Below are positions 1 to 10,520 of a stretch of 64,000 nucleotides of DNA, piece by piece (positions within the stretch are counted from its first letter, which is position 1; every line of letters begins with the position of its first letter). The notes beneath the pieces were generated by a model. It had not been told where the DNA came from. It saw nothing but the letters and a program-made list of their open reading frames with translations, and searched no databases. Source of the stretch: Calditrichia bacterium. Lineage in GTDB: Bacteria; Calditrichota; Calditrichia; RBG-13-44-9; J075. The position numbers and the translations under genes were made by a program. Where the stretch lies: positions 251,624 through 315,623 of the forward strand of contig JBOEGD010000007.1 in the NCBI GenBank assembly GCA_050633245.1, given 5' to 3'.

Positions 1-3000
1 TTCGCTCTCGATCCGCATTATACATTGGCTTAAGCGTGCTGGTAATCTTGTATTTTCTGCCGTCGCGCTGCAAAATTTCAATAGGCATATTTTGCTGATA
101 ATCTTCAGAATCTTCGAGAAGCTGAGACATACTACTGCCGTTATTTATTTTGAGATTTTGAGTTAGCGAGCGTAGACCTTTCCCGATAACCTCTCCCGAG
201 TTGCAGTTAAGCAATCTACCGGCAACCTCATTCATCAAAATAACATTGTTCTGCGTGTCTATGGCTACAACGCCGTCACCAATACTTTTCACCGTTACAC
301 TTAACCGTTCTTTCTCTTCAGCCAGCGCTTTCTGAAAACGCATATGATCGGTAACGTTGCGTGCCACGACACGCACTAGAGGTGCCCCCGTGACAGGTAT
401 GCGTAACGAGTTGCGATATTCCAAAACAACGGTTTCACTGTTACGACTCAGAATACTTAAATAACCGGAGTTTTGTTCTTCATCGCGAAGTTTTTGCAGA
501 TACTCTTCAAACGTTTCAACCGACTCTTCAGTAACGAAGTCTGCCAGTGAGGCATTATTTAATGAGTCTGACGCGTCTACAGCAAACAGTTCAACCATTG
601 CGCGATTTACCGAGATCAACTTGCCATTGAAATCATGCGTAAAAATACAGTCCGTACTATTTTCCACGATATCGCGATAACGCTGCTCACTATCCACAAG
701 AGCTGTTATCGCATTATTTCTCTCGGTAACATCCTCTGCCATAAGAATAATAAACTGTGGGTCATCATCAGAGTTTTTCACTAGTGTGGCAGTCAGCTGC
801 ACCGAGATCTCCGGATTATCCCCCTGGCCAAGTCGGCATTCCAACTGATGGCGTCCGCCAGACAAATTCAATTTTTCCAACAGCTCAACATGATCGGGCA
901 CACCCGCATCGGCACTATAGTAGTCTTTAAACAACTTGCCGCGCAAATTATAGTCTTCAACATAAAGCATTTTTTTAAGCGCAACATTCGATTCGAGGAT
1001 ACGACCGTCAAGTCGCAGAAGAAGAATCCCTATTCCTGCATTATCAAAAATTGTGCGGAAGCGCTCCTCACTTTCAGCAAGCGCCGTTTGAACAGTATTA
1101 CGATCTGTAATATCACGCGAGTTCACAACAATGCCGGCAATAATAGGATTATCAATAAGATTACTGGCCATTGCTTCAAGATAGGTCATTTGACCATTGC
1201 TATTTCGAATGCGATACTCCAGTGGCCCGTGAAAATCCGGCTCATCAATCAATCGCTTCACTTCCTGTTGCAATACGTTTAGATCATCCGAATGCACAAA
1301 ATCAAAAATACACGTGTTCAGCATCTCAGGTGCTTGGTACCCGAGTAGCTTTTCGACAGATGGGCTAATGTATTTAATCGTGCCATCCGGCTCCAAAACA
1401 GTAATGATATCGCTGGAATATTGAACAAGTGAACGAAAGCGTTCTTCCTTCTCACGAAGTGCTTTCTCGGTTGCTTTCCGTTCTGAAATATCTCTACCAA
1501 TTGCGAGCACCGTCTCACGACCGTTAAAGTCGAAGATCTGTGAATTTACCTCAAACGGGATGAGTTGTCCGTCTCTGGTCTTGCCATATATTTCGAGAAG
1601 CTGTTTTCTATTCCGCCGCAATTTTCTAAGCTGCAGTGGCAGTCGATGATACTCGTCCTCAGGTAAAAGGTCCTTCAGCCGCAACCCCTTCATTTCATCA
1701 ACAGAGTAACCAAAGATGCTGCACGCTACACTATTTGCCTCAATAATTTGAAAGGCGTTTTCCTCTATAATCGGAAATACCAGAACCACATCGCTCATCC
1801 CGCCAAAGAGCCTCTGATAGCGCGCTTCACTTTGTATTGAAGCAACGGCCAACTGATTGTTCTCGACAGCAACTCCGGCGATATCAGCAGCGATTCCCAT
1901 GAGTTCGATTTGGCGCATCGTAGGAACGATTGGCACATCGCTATATATTGTTAGTGCCCCAACGGCTTTATCATTCTGTAAGAAAACCGGCATTGAGCAG
2001 GAAGACTGAATATTAAACTCTTTAGCAAATTGCTTTACCGCCTCCCAATGCCGATCGTTCTGAACATCCTCACAAATAATCAATTTATTTTCAACAATAG
2101 AACCGACACATGGGCCGTTTCCAAGCTCACAGTTCATCACCGCGCTCAGGCGACGGAATTCTTCAGGCATACCAGGTGCTGCTGCCAAATTTATCGTATT
2201 TCTCTGTTCATCGAGAATTGAAATAGAGCATCGAATACCTGGAATTTGCTCTTCGATGAATTCTGCAACTTCCTTTAGAATTTGATCGAGTGTCGTGCCA
2301 CGAGCCATCGACTCGAGCAGTCGTTTCTGGCCGGTCAAAATGTCTTCTGAAGCCTTGCGTTCGGAATTGTCTCTAATCAGTGTTTGAATACTAATTTTTC
2401 CATCACTCTGAAAAGGCAGACTCGTCATTTCAATTGTCGCAGGCAAACCATTGGCGCGAACAATTCGCTGCTCATATAAATATTCCTGGACGCCATTCTT
2501 AACGATATTCTTGAAACGTCGACGCATATCTGCCACGACTTCCACCGGAAAAAAGGCAAGCAGATCCACACCAATCAGCGTTGTTTCTTCATCTGCGGCA
2601 AGAAGCTTTGCCCCGGCAGGATTAATAAACTCAATCTTACCCATGTCGTGAACAACGATCATTTCCTGGCTATGTTCGAGCAAGCGGCGATAGCGTTCTT
2701 CACTTTTACGCATCAATTTTTCAAAACGGCTACGCTCGGTTATTTCCTGCAGCGTACCTTGGAACACAACACCATCTACCGTGCTTAGTTTATCGCCCAG
2801 GGATTCAATTTGAATTTCACGGCCGCTGCTATGCAGTCCCCGATACTCCATATCCAATGGAGTGGAAGCCGTATTCAGGCAGTCTCGGATAGCTGAGGCA
2901 ACAGAGTCGCGGTCTTCTGAATGGACAAACTCGGAAAAATCTCTGCCATGCAAATAATCTCGTGTAACACCAAAAATTTCTCCAAACCTGGGGTTTGCAT

Positions 3001-3397
3001 AGGTAATTTTTCCATCCTCTACCCGATAAACTCCAACCAGAGACTTTTCAACTAATGTTTCATAGCGCGGACTAAGCTGTTCTTGCAGCGAATTCAGAAG
3101 TTGATAACTACCAAATAGCAAACAGACGAATCCCAGTGGAAGAAAGAGAAAACGAAAAGCGGCACCGAGTGGTACAAGGAGGGAATATTCCTGGATTAGT
3201 TCGGGAGTTAAATTGTGAAATGCGCTGCCAACCATTGAATTTGTCAGAATTAAGCCAATGCCAAGCCAAATCGTCCAGTATCCACGCAAAGGTATTTTTA
3301 TCAGCCTTTTAGTCAAACGATAAAATGCGATGCTGGCAACAACAATAATTGAAATACGCAACAGACTCAACCACAGCATTAGACGATCCTGGTTCAT
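1..3397 (-). CDS. Membrane-anchored multi-PAS/GAF sensor protein (probable histidine kinase), 3' end outside window
   Basis: Not in the ORF track because it runs off the edge. Manual translation from ATG 3397 gives MNQDRLMLWLSLLRISIIVV..., with hydrophobic N-terminal segments, about 7 PAS domains (linkers such as EERYRRLLEHS, GRDISERKATEKALREKEERFRSL, EKERLSVTVKSIGDGVVAID) and one GAF (LTGQKRLLESMARG). The frame was spot-checked, not fully translated. The output domain is not visible. Confidence 0.85.
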   Translation of the reverse strand, partial: MNQDRLMLWLSLLRISIIVVASIAFYRLTKRLIKIPLRGYWTIWLGIGLILTNSMVGSAFHNLTPELIQEYSLLVPLGAAFRFLFLPLGFVCLLFGSYQLLNSLQEQLSPRYETLVEKSLVGVYRVEDGKITYANPRFGEIFGVTRDYLHGRDFSEFVHSEDRDSVASAIRDCLNTASTPLDMEYRGLHSSGREIQIESLGDKLSTVDGVVFQGTLQEITERSRFEKLMRKSEERYRRLLEHSQEMIVVHDMGKIEFINPAGAKLLAADEETTLIGVDLLAFFPVEVVADMRRRFKNIVKNGVQEYLYEQRIVRANGLPATIEMTSLPFQSDGKISIQTLIRDNSERKASEDILTGQKRLLESMARGTTLDQILKEVAEFIEEQIPGIRCSISILDEQRNTINLAAAPGMPEEFRRLSAVMNCELGNGPCVGSIVENKLIICEDVQNDRHWEAVKQFAKEFNIQSSCSMPVFLQNDKAVGALTIYSDVPIVPTMRQIELMGIAADIAGVAVENNQLAVASIQSEARYQRLFGGMSDVVLVFPIIEENAFQIIEANSVACSIFGYSVDEMKGLRLKDLLPEDEYHRLPLQLRKLRRNRKQLLEIYGKTRDGQLIPFEVNSQIFDFNGRETVLAIGRDISERKATEKALREKEERFRSLVQYSSDIITVLEPDGTIKYISPSVEKLLGYQAPEMLNTCIFDFVHSDDLNVLQQEVKRLIDEPDFHGPLEYRIRNSNGQMTYLEAMASNLIDNPIIAGIVVNSRDITDRNTVQTALAESEERFRTIFDNAGIGILLLRLDGRILESNVALKKMLYVEDYNLRGKLFKDYYSADAGVPDHVELLEKLNLSGGRHQLECRLGQGDNPEISVQLTATLVKNSDDDPQFIILMAEDVTERNNAITALVDSEQRYRDIVENSTDCIFTHDFNGKLISVNRAMVELFAVDASDSLNNASLADFVTEESVETFEEYLQKLRDEEQNSGYLSILSRNSETVVLEYRNSLRIPVTGAPLVRVVARNVTDHMRFQKALAEEKERLSVTVKSIGDGVVAIDTQNNVILMNEVAGRLLNCNSGEVIGKGLRSLTQNLKINNGSSMSQLLEDSEDYQQNMPIEILQRDGRKYKITSTLKPMYNADRER

Positions 3398-3559
3398 TTT
3401 TGAGCATGCACAATGGCATTTAGCTCGTTAGGGCAAACTGTATTGGATAGTAGAAGACTGGAATGCAAAATTACCTGCCGGGATGACAATCTCAGCGCTT
3501 ATCTTGCAAGTCATCGTTCTACATTATACAACTGAAAATTGCGAATGTATATATTATTT

Positions 3560-3698
3560 TGCGTAGACCGGAAAAATGTCTACAGGCAGGCGGGAAAGCT
3601 TCGAGGATACAAAAGCCTTCCTGCCTCGAACGTCAAAACCTCTCAACCCTCTCCATTCGAGAGATCAACCAGGACCTTACTATGTTCGAGACAGGAAG
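3560..3698 (-). other. Structured intergenic region downstream of ftsZ (overlapping inverted repeats)
   Basis: On the minus strand CTTCCTGTCTCGAAC pairs with GTTCGAGGCAGGAAG (15 bp, one G-U). There is an alternative stem GGAAGGCTT/AAGCTTTCC and a distal hairpin GTAGAC/GTCTAC. Confidence 0.5.
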
Positions 3699-3711
3699 AT
3701 CTGCTTCTGTC

Positions 3712-4884
3712 TTAGTCCATTTGTTTTCTCAAGAAGGTCGGGATATCCAGATCTTCTATATCATTATCCATACGAACATTATCGGTACCGGTCTTAAGCT
3801 GTTGTCTGTTTGGAACCTCTTCAGGCTTTTTCTTCTCACGCATAAACGTAGGAAGGTCCAACAGCTTCGGACTTGTTTCTGCGGCGACCGTTTCCTGCTT
3901 CGGCGGCTCATTTGCAACGCGCTCTTCGACCATAAACCCGGTAGCAATTACGGTAATAAAAATCTCATCCGTCAGGTTATCATCGAGTACGGCACCAAAA
4001 ATTACGTTAGCATCTTCGCCAGCCTCTTCGTAAATAATCGTTGTGGCTTCACTAACCTCATAAAGAGACATGTCTGGTCCACCGGTAATATTAACCAACA
4101 CGCCACGTGCACCGTTGATGGAAACACCTTCCAATAGCGGACTGGAGATAGCCTGTTGGGCAGCCTGAATGGCCTTACCTTCGCCACGTGCGGCGCCGGT
4201 TCCCATAAGGGCATCACCCATTTCAGCCATAATGGTGCGAACATCTGCAAAGTCCAGATTGATAAGTCCGGGAACGGTGATGAGATCGGAAATACCTTTG
4301 GTTGCATGCAGCAACACATCGTCAGCAACTTTAAATGCGTCAAGTAGCGGAGTAGACTTGTCCACTACGGCAAAAAGACGCTGATTAGGTATAACAATTA
4401 GAGTATCGACAACTTTGCGCATTTCTTTAATACCTTCTTCAGCGCGTTTTAATCTTTTTATTCCTTCGAAATTAAAGGGCTTGGTAACGATACCAACAGT
4501 AAGTGCTCCAAGCTCTTTGGCAATCTCAGCAACCACAGGTGCAGCACCTGTTCCGGTTCCACCACCCATGCCGGCGGTAACAAAAACCATGTCGGCTCCG
4601 GTAAGCAACCGGGCAACTTCTTCACGATCTTCTTCAACCGCACGAGCACCTACATCAGGATTAGCACCGGCGCCGAGTCCCTGGGTCAACATTTGACCAA
4701 TTTGCAGCTTTTGCGGTGCAAGATTTGTCTCGAGTGATTGGGAATCGGTATTTACCGCAATAAAGTCTACACCAAACAACCCCGAATTCATCATCGTATT
4801 AATTGCGTTTCCACCGGCGCCACCAACACCAATAACCTTCAGTTTCGCGTTTCGTTCTGCTCTTTCGTCAAATTCAATGGCCAT
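3712..4884 (-). CDS. ftsZ: Cell division protein FtsZ
   Basis: GVGGAGGNA, tubulin signature GGGTGTG, NLDFADV, C-terminal DIPTFLRK. Confidence 0.99.
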   Translation of the reverse strand: MAIEFDERAERNAKLKVIGVGGAGGNAINTMMNSGLFGVDFIAVNTDSQSLETNLAPQKLQIGQMLTQGLGAGANPDVGARAVEEDREEVARLLTGADMVFVTAGMGGGTGTGAAPVVAEIAKELGALTVGIVTKPFNFEGIKRLKRAEEGIKEMRKVVDTLIVIPNQRLFAVVDKSTPLLDAFKVADDVLLHATKGISDLITVPGLINLDFADVRTIMAEMGDALMGTGAARGEGKAIQAAQQAISSPLLEGVSINGARGVLVNITGGPDMSLYEVSEATTIIYEEAGEDANVIFGAVLDDNLTDEIFITVIATGFMVEERVANEPPKQETVAAETSPKLLDLPTFMREKKKPEEVPNRQQLKTGTDNVRMDNDIEDLDIPTFLRKQMD

Positions 4885-4954
4885 AATTTCAGCCTCCTTT
4901 TAATGGTTGATCTCTTTTTGCTATTGATCTCTCGTCAATTTATATGCAATGCGC

Positions 4955-6187
4955 TTAGAAGAAGCGCTTAAAAAACTGGCTAAAGCTAGACATCACGTCT
5001 TCCCAGAGATTCACATCGTCTCCGCGAACAAAGGACGTCTTTTCATTATATTTTGCACCGTAAAGACAAAGCCCTACCGAAGTGCTATAGATTGGACTGC
5101 GAACAGAGTCTGTAAGACCACCAAGATATTTAGGTAATCCAAGTCTTACCGGAACACCCCATATCTTTTCTGCCATATCAGCAGTTCCCTCAAGAAGAGC
5201 ACCGCCACCGGTAATCACCGCTCCGGCAGCCATAAGTTCGAGCAAACCGGACTTATGCATCTTCTGATAGGCCAGGGTCAACAGCTCTTCCATGCGTGGG
5301 GCAACGATATCAACAAGAACCGATTTGGAAATCGTTCTGGCGGGACGCCCACCAACTCCCGGCACCATTATGGTATCGCTTTCGGTGAGGTTTTCGCGCG
5401 TTACGGAACCGTGCTGTAGTTTAATTTCTTCCGCTTGATCTGGCGGAGTACGCAATCCGATTGCGATATCATTCGTTACATGCGTTCCACCCAGCGCAAC
5501 GACAGAAGTATGCTGAATATGTCCATCGAAGAACATTGCAATATCAGCGGTTCCACCACCAAAGTCGACCAGCGTTACACCCAGCGATCGCTCATCATCA
5601 TCCAGAACAGCCAGGCTGGAAGCAAGCGGTTCCAGAATAATGTCTTCAACATCATATCCGGCGCGCTGCACGCTTCGCACTATGTTCTGTGCCGACGTAA
5701 CGGCAGCCGTTACAATGTGAACTTCTACTTCCAAGCGAACACCGGACATACCGATCGGATCCGGAATACCATCCTGATCATCCACTATAAATTCTTGTGG
5801 AATTACATGGATAATCTCACGATCAATTGGAAGAGCAAGTGCCTTGGCAGCATTTATAGCGCGATCGACATCTTCCTGTGTGATCTCATGATCATCGCGG
5901 GAAACACCGACCATGCCTTTGCTATTGAGGCTGCGAATATGGTCTCCGGCAATACCGACATAAACCGTATCGACCTCAACACCAGCCATAATTTGAGCTT
6001 CGTCCAGGGCAGAGCGCACCGATGAGACGGTCTTGTCAATATTGACAACCACCCCTTTGCGCAATCCATGCGAAGGTGAACTTCCGATGCCGACAACATT
6101 CAGTTTTCCGTCGGTATCCTCTTTGACGATAACAGCACATATCTTTGTCGTGCCGATATCCAGTCCGGTTATAATGCGACCTTCCAT
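4955..6187 (-). CDS. ftsA: Cell division protein FtsA
   Basis: GLDIGTTKI, VDFGGGT and ITGGGALL actin-like motifs; directly upstream of ftsZ. Confidence 0.98.
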   Translation of the reverse strand: MEGRIITGLDIGTTKICAVIVKEDTDGKLNVVGIGSSPSHGLRKGVVVNIDKTVSSVRSALDEAQIMAGVEVDTVYVGIAGDHIRSLNSKGMVGVSRDDHEITQEDVDRAINAAKALALPIDREIIHVIPQEFIVDDQDGIPDPIGMSGVRLEVEVHIVTAAVTSAQNIVRSVQRAGYDVEDIILEPLASSLAVLDDDERSLGVTLVDFGGGTADIAMFFDGHIQHTSVVALGGTHVTNDIAIGLRTPPDQAEEIKLQHGSVTRENLTESDTIMVPGVGGRPARTISKSVLVDIVAPRMEELLTLAYQKMHKSGLLELMAAGAVITGGGALLEGTADMAEKIWGVPVRLGLPKYLGGLTDSVRSPIYSTSVGLCLYGAKYNEKTSFVRGDDVNLWEDVMSSFSQFFKRFF

Positions 6188-6207
6188 ATTCAGACTCTCT
6201 GGTTTAG

Positions 6208-6984
6208 TTAGTCTTTCTTTTGCAAAATTATCCGATCCCTGAAGGTCAGGTCGAGACGCTGCACAGTCGGCAACATTTCGGCGATCGGCTTTTTATTCAA
6301 AAATTCACTCAGTAGAAACAAGCGTTCATAATGGCGTTCTTTTCCAAGACGAACCAGTGCCCCACCACGCACCAGATAGAGCTCTGGCCAGCGATCTTTC
6401 TTAATGTTAATCTCCGAAATCAATGAGAGTAGTTTTTCATCCACTTCACGGATTTTCTTGACTAGTTCTATGGCCTGAAAAAGCGGCGTGCGATCTTCTT
6501 CAAGTTCGGCAACACTGAGCCCGGTAACCAGCGGCAGGTTACCAACCGGCATACGTGGCAAACGCTCTAACATAGTTCCTGACTCGTCTACCATATAAAC
6601 AGATTTGTCGATCATATATAGAACAGGAACGCGTTCTTTCACGCTTATCAATACGGTTGCCGGCAGTGCACGAGCGACATTCGCAGCACGGATATATTTG
6701 TTCTCCATTAGATTGCTGGTTATATCCTCAACGCTCATTCGAAACATTGCTTCTTCAATTTCAATGCCGCTAGCCTCGGCAATATCCTCTTGCTCCAAAT
6801 AGTTGTTTCCGCTTATTTCCATGTTTTCAACACGAAAAAAGTCGCTGCGAAAGAACAGCTGCATGCCGATAGAATAGACGATGTAAAAACCAATAAATGC
6901 TACCGCCCAAATCAGAGCTTCCCGTGGAGAGGGATAAAACATCGTTTTTCGCTTTAAGACTTTCCGCTTCATTTCAGTATCCAA
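6208..6984 (-). CDS. ftsQ: Cell division protein FtsQ/DivIB (alternative ATG at 6972)
   Basis: Basic N-terminus, single TM, POTRA-like region (ISGNNYL...VARALPATVLISVKERVP), C-terminal LDLTFRDRII; dcw position. Confidence 0.9.
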   Translation of the reverse strand: MDTEMKRKVLKRKTMFYPSPREALIWAVAFIGFYIVYSIGMQLFFRSDFFRVENMEISGNNYLEQEDIAEASGIEIEEAMFRMSVEDITSNLMENKYIRAANVARALPATVLISVKERVPVLYMIDKSVYMVDESGTMLERLPRMPVGNLPLVTGLSVAELEEDRTPLFQAIELVKKIREVDEKLLSLISEINIKKDRWPELYLVRGGALVRLGKERHYERLFLLSEFLNKKPIAEMLPTVQRLDLTFRDRIILQKKD

Positions 6985-7007
6985 TAACAGGTATAGACCA
7001 TTTTTTC

Positions 7008-8135
7008 TTAACTCGACGCTGCCTTTGGCAGCATGTCCACTATTTCTTCAGCTATTCGGCCAGCAGCACCGGGGCGAGCCAGTGTCTTCCAGGCTCTTCC
7101 CTGCTCTGTTCGCTTTTCTGATGACTCCAGAAGTGTGCTTAAGGCATCGAAAAGATGATCCGCCCATTTTTCACCTTCTTTAACCATTATTGCGGCACCG
7201 GCTTCTTCGACCATTTGGGAATTTAATTCCTGATGATTTCCTGCGGCGTATGGATAAGGCACCAAGATAGTCGACTTTCCGGCAATCGCGAGTTCGGCAA
7301 GGCTGCTTGCCCCTGCTCTGCAAACGATGACGTCTGCTGCAGCAAAAGCAGCTGCCATATTCTCAATATATGGCAGAACTAAAACGCGCTTGTCATTTAC
7401 CGTAAGCTTTGACTTAACCGCCTCGTATTCCCCGCTTCCAGTTTGCCAGATTACTTGAACCGTTTTATCTGCCAAAAGCTGCGGTAGTAAGGCATTAATA
7501 GCATTATTGATTGCACGTGATCCCTGACTGCCGCCAAATACAAACAGCGTGCGTTTATCAGCTTCCAGCTTCCAGTGTGCAATCGCCTCTTCGCGAGTGG
7601 TCTCACCCATTTTGCGAATTGGATTGCCGGTTATTACCAACTTCTGTCGATACGCATCGAAATGCTTCGCAGCCTGCTCGAAAGCAAGACAAATTTTCTG
7701 GGCATAACGCGCCAGAAGGCGCGTTGTTACACCCGGATGAGCATCCTGCTCCTGTATCAGCACCGGCACCCCCGTACGGGAAGCCATGTATAAAATAGGG
7801 CCGGTTACATAGCCGCCCATACCAATGGCAACTTCCGGCTTAAAATCGCGAACAATTTTCCAACTGCTAATCAAACTGCTTACCAGCTTGAATGGAAACA
7901 GCAGGTTCTTCATGGTAAAACTCCGGGTAAAACCGGAAATCCAGATTGTGCGCATCGGAAGATCATGCTTTGGCACAATCTGCGTTTCGATGCCGCCTAT
8001 GCCACCGACATAAAGGAACTGAAAATTGCCACGTTCTTTCAGCGCTTCAATTGTTGCCAGCGCTGGGTAAACGTGTCCACCAGTTCCACCACCGGCGACA
8101 AGAATGCGTCCTGTATGTTCCGTGTTATTCACCAT
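7008..8135 (-). CDS. murG: Lipid I N-acetylglucosaminyltransferase MurG
   Basis: GGGTGGHVYP, GGSQGS, RAGASSLAE and HQELN motifs. Confidence 0.98.
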   Translation of the reverse strand: MVNNTEHTGRILVAGGGTGGHVYPALATIEALKERGNFQFLYVGGIGGIETQIVPKHDLPMRTIWISGFTRSFTMKNLLFPFKLVSSLISSWKIVRDFKPEVAIGMGGYVTGPILYMASRTGVPVLIQEQDAHPGVTTRLLARYAQKICLAFEQAAKHFDAYRQKLVITGNPIRKMGETTREEAIAHWKLEADKRTLFVFGGSQGSRAINNAINALLPQLLADKTVQVIWQTGSGEYEAVKSKLTVNDKRVLVLPYIENMAAAFAAADVIVCRAGASSLAELAIAGKSTILVPYPYAAGNHQELNSQMVEEAGAAIMVKEGEKWADHLFDALSTLLESSEKRTEQGRAWKTLARPGAAGRIAEEIVDMLPKAASS

Positions 8136-8141
8136 AAATCC

Positions 8142-9353
8142 TTAAGCTGTACGACGTTTCTGACTCGTCTTTGCTCTTCCCTTTGTCGTCTTCGCCTTGC
8201 GTAGCGGCGGCTTTGTTGGACGATTCTTTTGCAAATTGTAACCTTTAACCTGTTTTTTGCCCAGCGTATCATTTGCAATGCGCATCAGCAAACCGGCATA
8301 CATGCAGGAGAACAAGAGTGCGGTTCCACCATAACTCACGAAGGGTAACGGTAGTCCGGTCGCTGGTAAAAGCTGCATGGTCACCATCATGTTCACCAGG
8401 GCATAGAGGGTAAAATGAGTTGTTAGACCTACCACCAGATAGAAATCAAATCTATTCTGCGTTCGCGAGGCGGTTTTGATGCCGCGTGCCAGGATAATCA
8501 GGAAGAGCGCAATTACCGCACAGGTTCCTAAAAAGCCAAGCTCTTCGCCGATGATTGCGAAAATAAAGTCTGTGTGTGCTTCAGGCAGAAAAAACATCTT
8601 CTGCGTACTGTGTGCAAAACCAACGCCGTTTATACCGCCGCTTCCAAAACTCACCAGCGATTGATATACCTGATATCCGCTTCCGCTTATATCATCTCCC
8701 GGTGAAAGGAATGACAGCATACGCTGCATTTTATACGGCGATATTATCACCGCGATTATCAGCATTGGTACAAAAGACAATCCTGTAAGTGCCAGATGCG
8801 ATAGTTTAACGGGCGAGACGAACAACATCGTCAGGCAAATAGAGATCAGCATAAATGCACTACTAAAGTCAGGCTGCATCAGCACGAGCAAGGCAAACAT
8901 TGCGATGTAAAACAGGTGCGGAAACAAGCCTTCAGAATAACTGTTCAAATAGCGCTCTTTGCGACTCAGCGAATCAGCAAAGAAGAAAATCAGCGTAAAT
9001 TTTGCCACGTCCACAGCCTGGAAATGAATAAAGCCCCAGTGAATCCAGCGTCCGCGTTCGATAAAAGCTGCGTAAAAAAGCAGTGCAAGGCTCAGCATTA
9101 AGAAATACCAGGTATACCCATAGAACTTGCGATACGGCAGGGCATACATAATTGTCATTCCGGCAAGACCAACGATGAGGTACATCAGATGGCGCTTCAG
9201 GAAAAACAGGTGGTCGCCCCAGTATTGTCGCGCATAGAAAGCACTTGAGCTGTAAACCATAATGATTCCCAGCACAATCAGCAGGAAGAACGATACGACC
9301 AGCCATTTGTCTATATAGTGCTTTTTCACAGATTTTGCTCCAGCTCTAAACAA
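8142..9353 (-). CDS. ftsW: SEDS peptidoglycan polymerase FtsW
   Basis: Polytopic; QPDFSS, LPEAHTDFIFAIIGEELG, TGLPLPFVSYGG. Confidence 0.96.
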   Translation of the reverse strand: MFRAGAKSVKKHYIDKWLVVSFFLLIVLGIIMVYSSSAFYARQYWGDHLFFLKRHLMYLIVGLAGMTIMYALPYRKFYGYTWYFLMLSLALLFYAAFIERGRWIHWGFIHFQAVDVAKFTLIFFFADSLSRKERYLNSYSEGLFPHLFYIAMFALLVLMQPDFSSAFMLISICLTMLFVSPVKLSHLALTGLSFVPMLIIAVIISPYKMQRMLSFLSPGDDISGSGYQVYQSLVSFGSGGINGVGFAHSTQKMFFLPEAHTDFIFAIIGEELGFLGTCAVIALFLIILARGIKTASRTQNRFDFYLVVGLTTHFTLYALVNMMVTMQLLPATGLPLPFVSYGGTALLFSCMYAGLLMRIANDTLGKKQVKGYNLQKNRPTKPPLRKAKTTKGRAKTSQKRRTA

Positions 9354-9390
9354 GAATTAATTAACGTATAAACGTCTATTTCTATTACGA

Positions 9391-10500
9391 TTACCGAACT
9401 TTAAATAGTGCAAGACTGAGAAGCGCTAAAAGCACGCCTACAATCCAAAAGCGCACAACGACCTTCGCTTCCGGCCAGCCTTTTAACTCAAAGTGATGAT
9501 GAAGTGGTGCCATCTTAAATATCCGTCTTCCCTCTCCGAATTTTTTTCGGGTATATTTGAAGTAAGACGTTTGCATAATCACGCTGATTGTCTCGGCGAC
9601 AAAAACTCCGCCAATCAGTATGAGAAATATTTCCTTCTTCACCAGAATGGCGCATGCTCCAAGCGTACTTCCCAAAGCGAGTGAGCCCGTATCTCCCATA
9701 AAAACCTGCGCCGGATAACTGTTATACCAGAGAAACCCCATTGCCGCGCCTACAATTGCCAGACAGTAAACGGCCAGCTCTCCACTTCCCGGTAAAAAAA
9801 CGATATTCAGATAGTCGCTAAACTTATAGTGCCCGGTTACATAACTTATTCCCGCGAAGGCCAACATGGCAATAGCCATCAAACCAGTCGCCAGTCCATC
9901 AAGGCCATCCGTTAGGTTAACCGCATTTGAAGAGGCCGTTAACACAAAAATGACCAGCGGGATATAGAAAATGCCAAATTGAATTTCATAATTTTTCAGA
10001 AAGGGAAGGCTGGTATTCGCGTTCAGCCCCTGAGCAATAAAGGCATCATTAAAGTAAATCGAGCAGCCCAGAATAAGTCCCAAGGTAAACTGACCAACAA
10101 TTTTGTATCGTCCAATAAGGCCACGCTTCATCTTCTTAACAACTTTCAGGTAATCATCGAGAAATCCAACGACGCCCATCCAAAGAGTACAAAGCAACAG
10201 CATCTGTACGTAGAAGTTATCGAGCTTGGCCCACATCATAACAGAAATCGTTACCGAGCCAAGGATAATGAGCCCGCCCATAGTTGGGGTGCCCTTTTTA
10301 GCAAGATGAGATTCAGGACCATCGAGACGGATTGTTTCACCAAGCTGATGTCGCCTTAGCAGATTGATAACACGTGGACCAATAACCAGGCAGAGGAAAA
10401 GCGAGGTAATGGCCGCAAGAGCAGCACGAACGGTGATATAACGAAAAACGTTAAACCCGAAGAAGAAATCCTTAAACTCAAATAAAAAATCTGCCAGCAT
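9391..10500 (-). CDS. mraY: Phospho-N-acetylmuramoyl-pentapeptide transferase MraY
   Basis: KKGTPTMGG, GFLDDYLK, NAVNLTDGLDGLA, FMGDTGS, MAPLHHHFE. Confidence 0.99.
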   Translation of the reverse strand: MLADFLFEFKDFFFGFNVFRYITVRAALAAITSLFLCLVIGPRVINLLRRHQLGETIRLDGPESHLAKKGTPTMGGLIILGSVTISVMMWAKLDNFYVQMLLLCTLWMGVVGFLDDYLKVVKKMKRGLIGRYKIVGQFTLGLILGCSIYFNDAFIAQGLNANTSLPFLKNYEIQFGIFYIPLVIFVLTASSNAVNLTDGLDGLATGLMAIAMLAFAGISYVTGHYKFSDYLNIVFLPGSGELAVYCLAIVGAAMGFLWYNSYPAQVFMGDTGSLALGSTLGACAILVKKEIFLILIGGVFVAETISVIMQTSYFKYTRKKFGEGRRIFKMAPLHHHFELKGWPEAKVVVRFWIVGVLLALLSLALFKVR

Positions 10501-10520
10501 CCTCTAAATCCTTCCGGTTA

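Noticed and set aside
848-2651. Short ORFs on both strands in the first 3 kb
   Set aside because: They are shadows of the long minus-strand PAS/GAF gene.
3560-3700. 6S RNA
   Set aside because: The region is rod-like, but the main stem-loop is only about 80 nt and I could not identify the 6S central-bubble features. It is kept only as an unassigned structure.
3559-4137. 192-aa + strand ORF and many similar antisense ORFs across the window
   Set aside because: They lie antisense to well-supported genes and contain no recognisable motifs.
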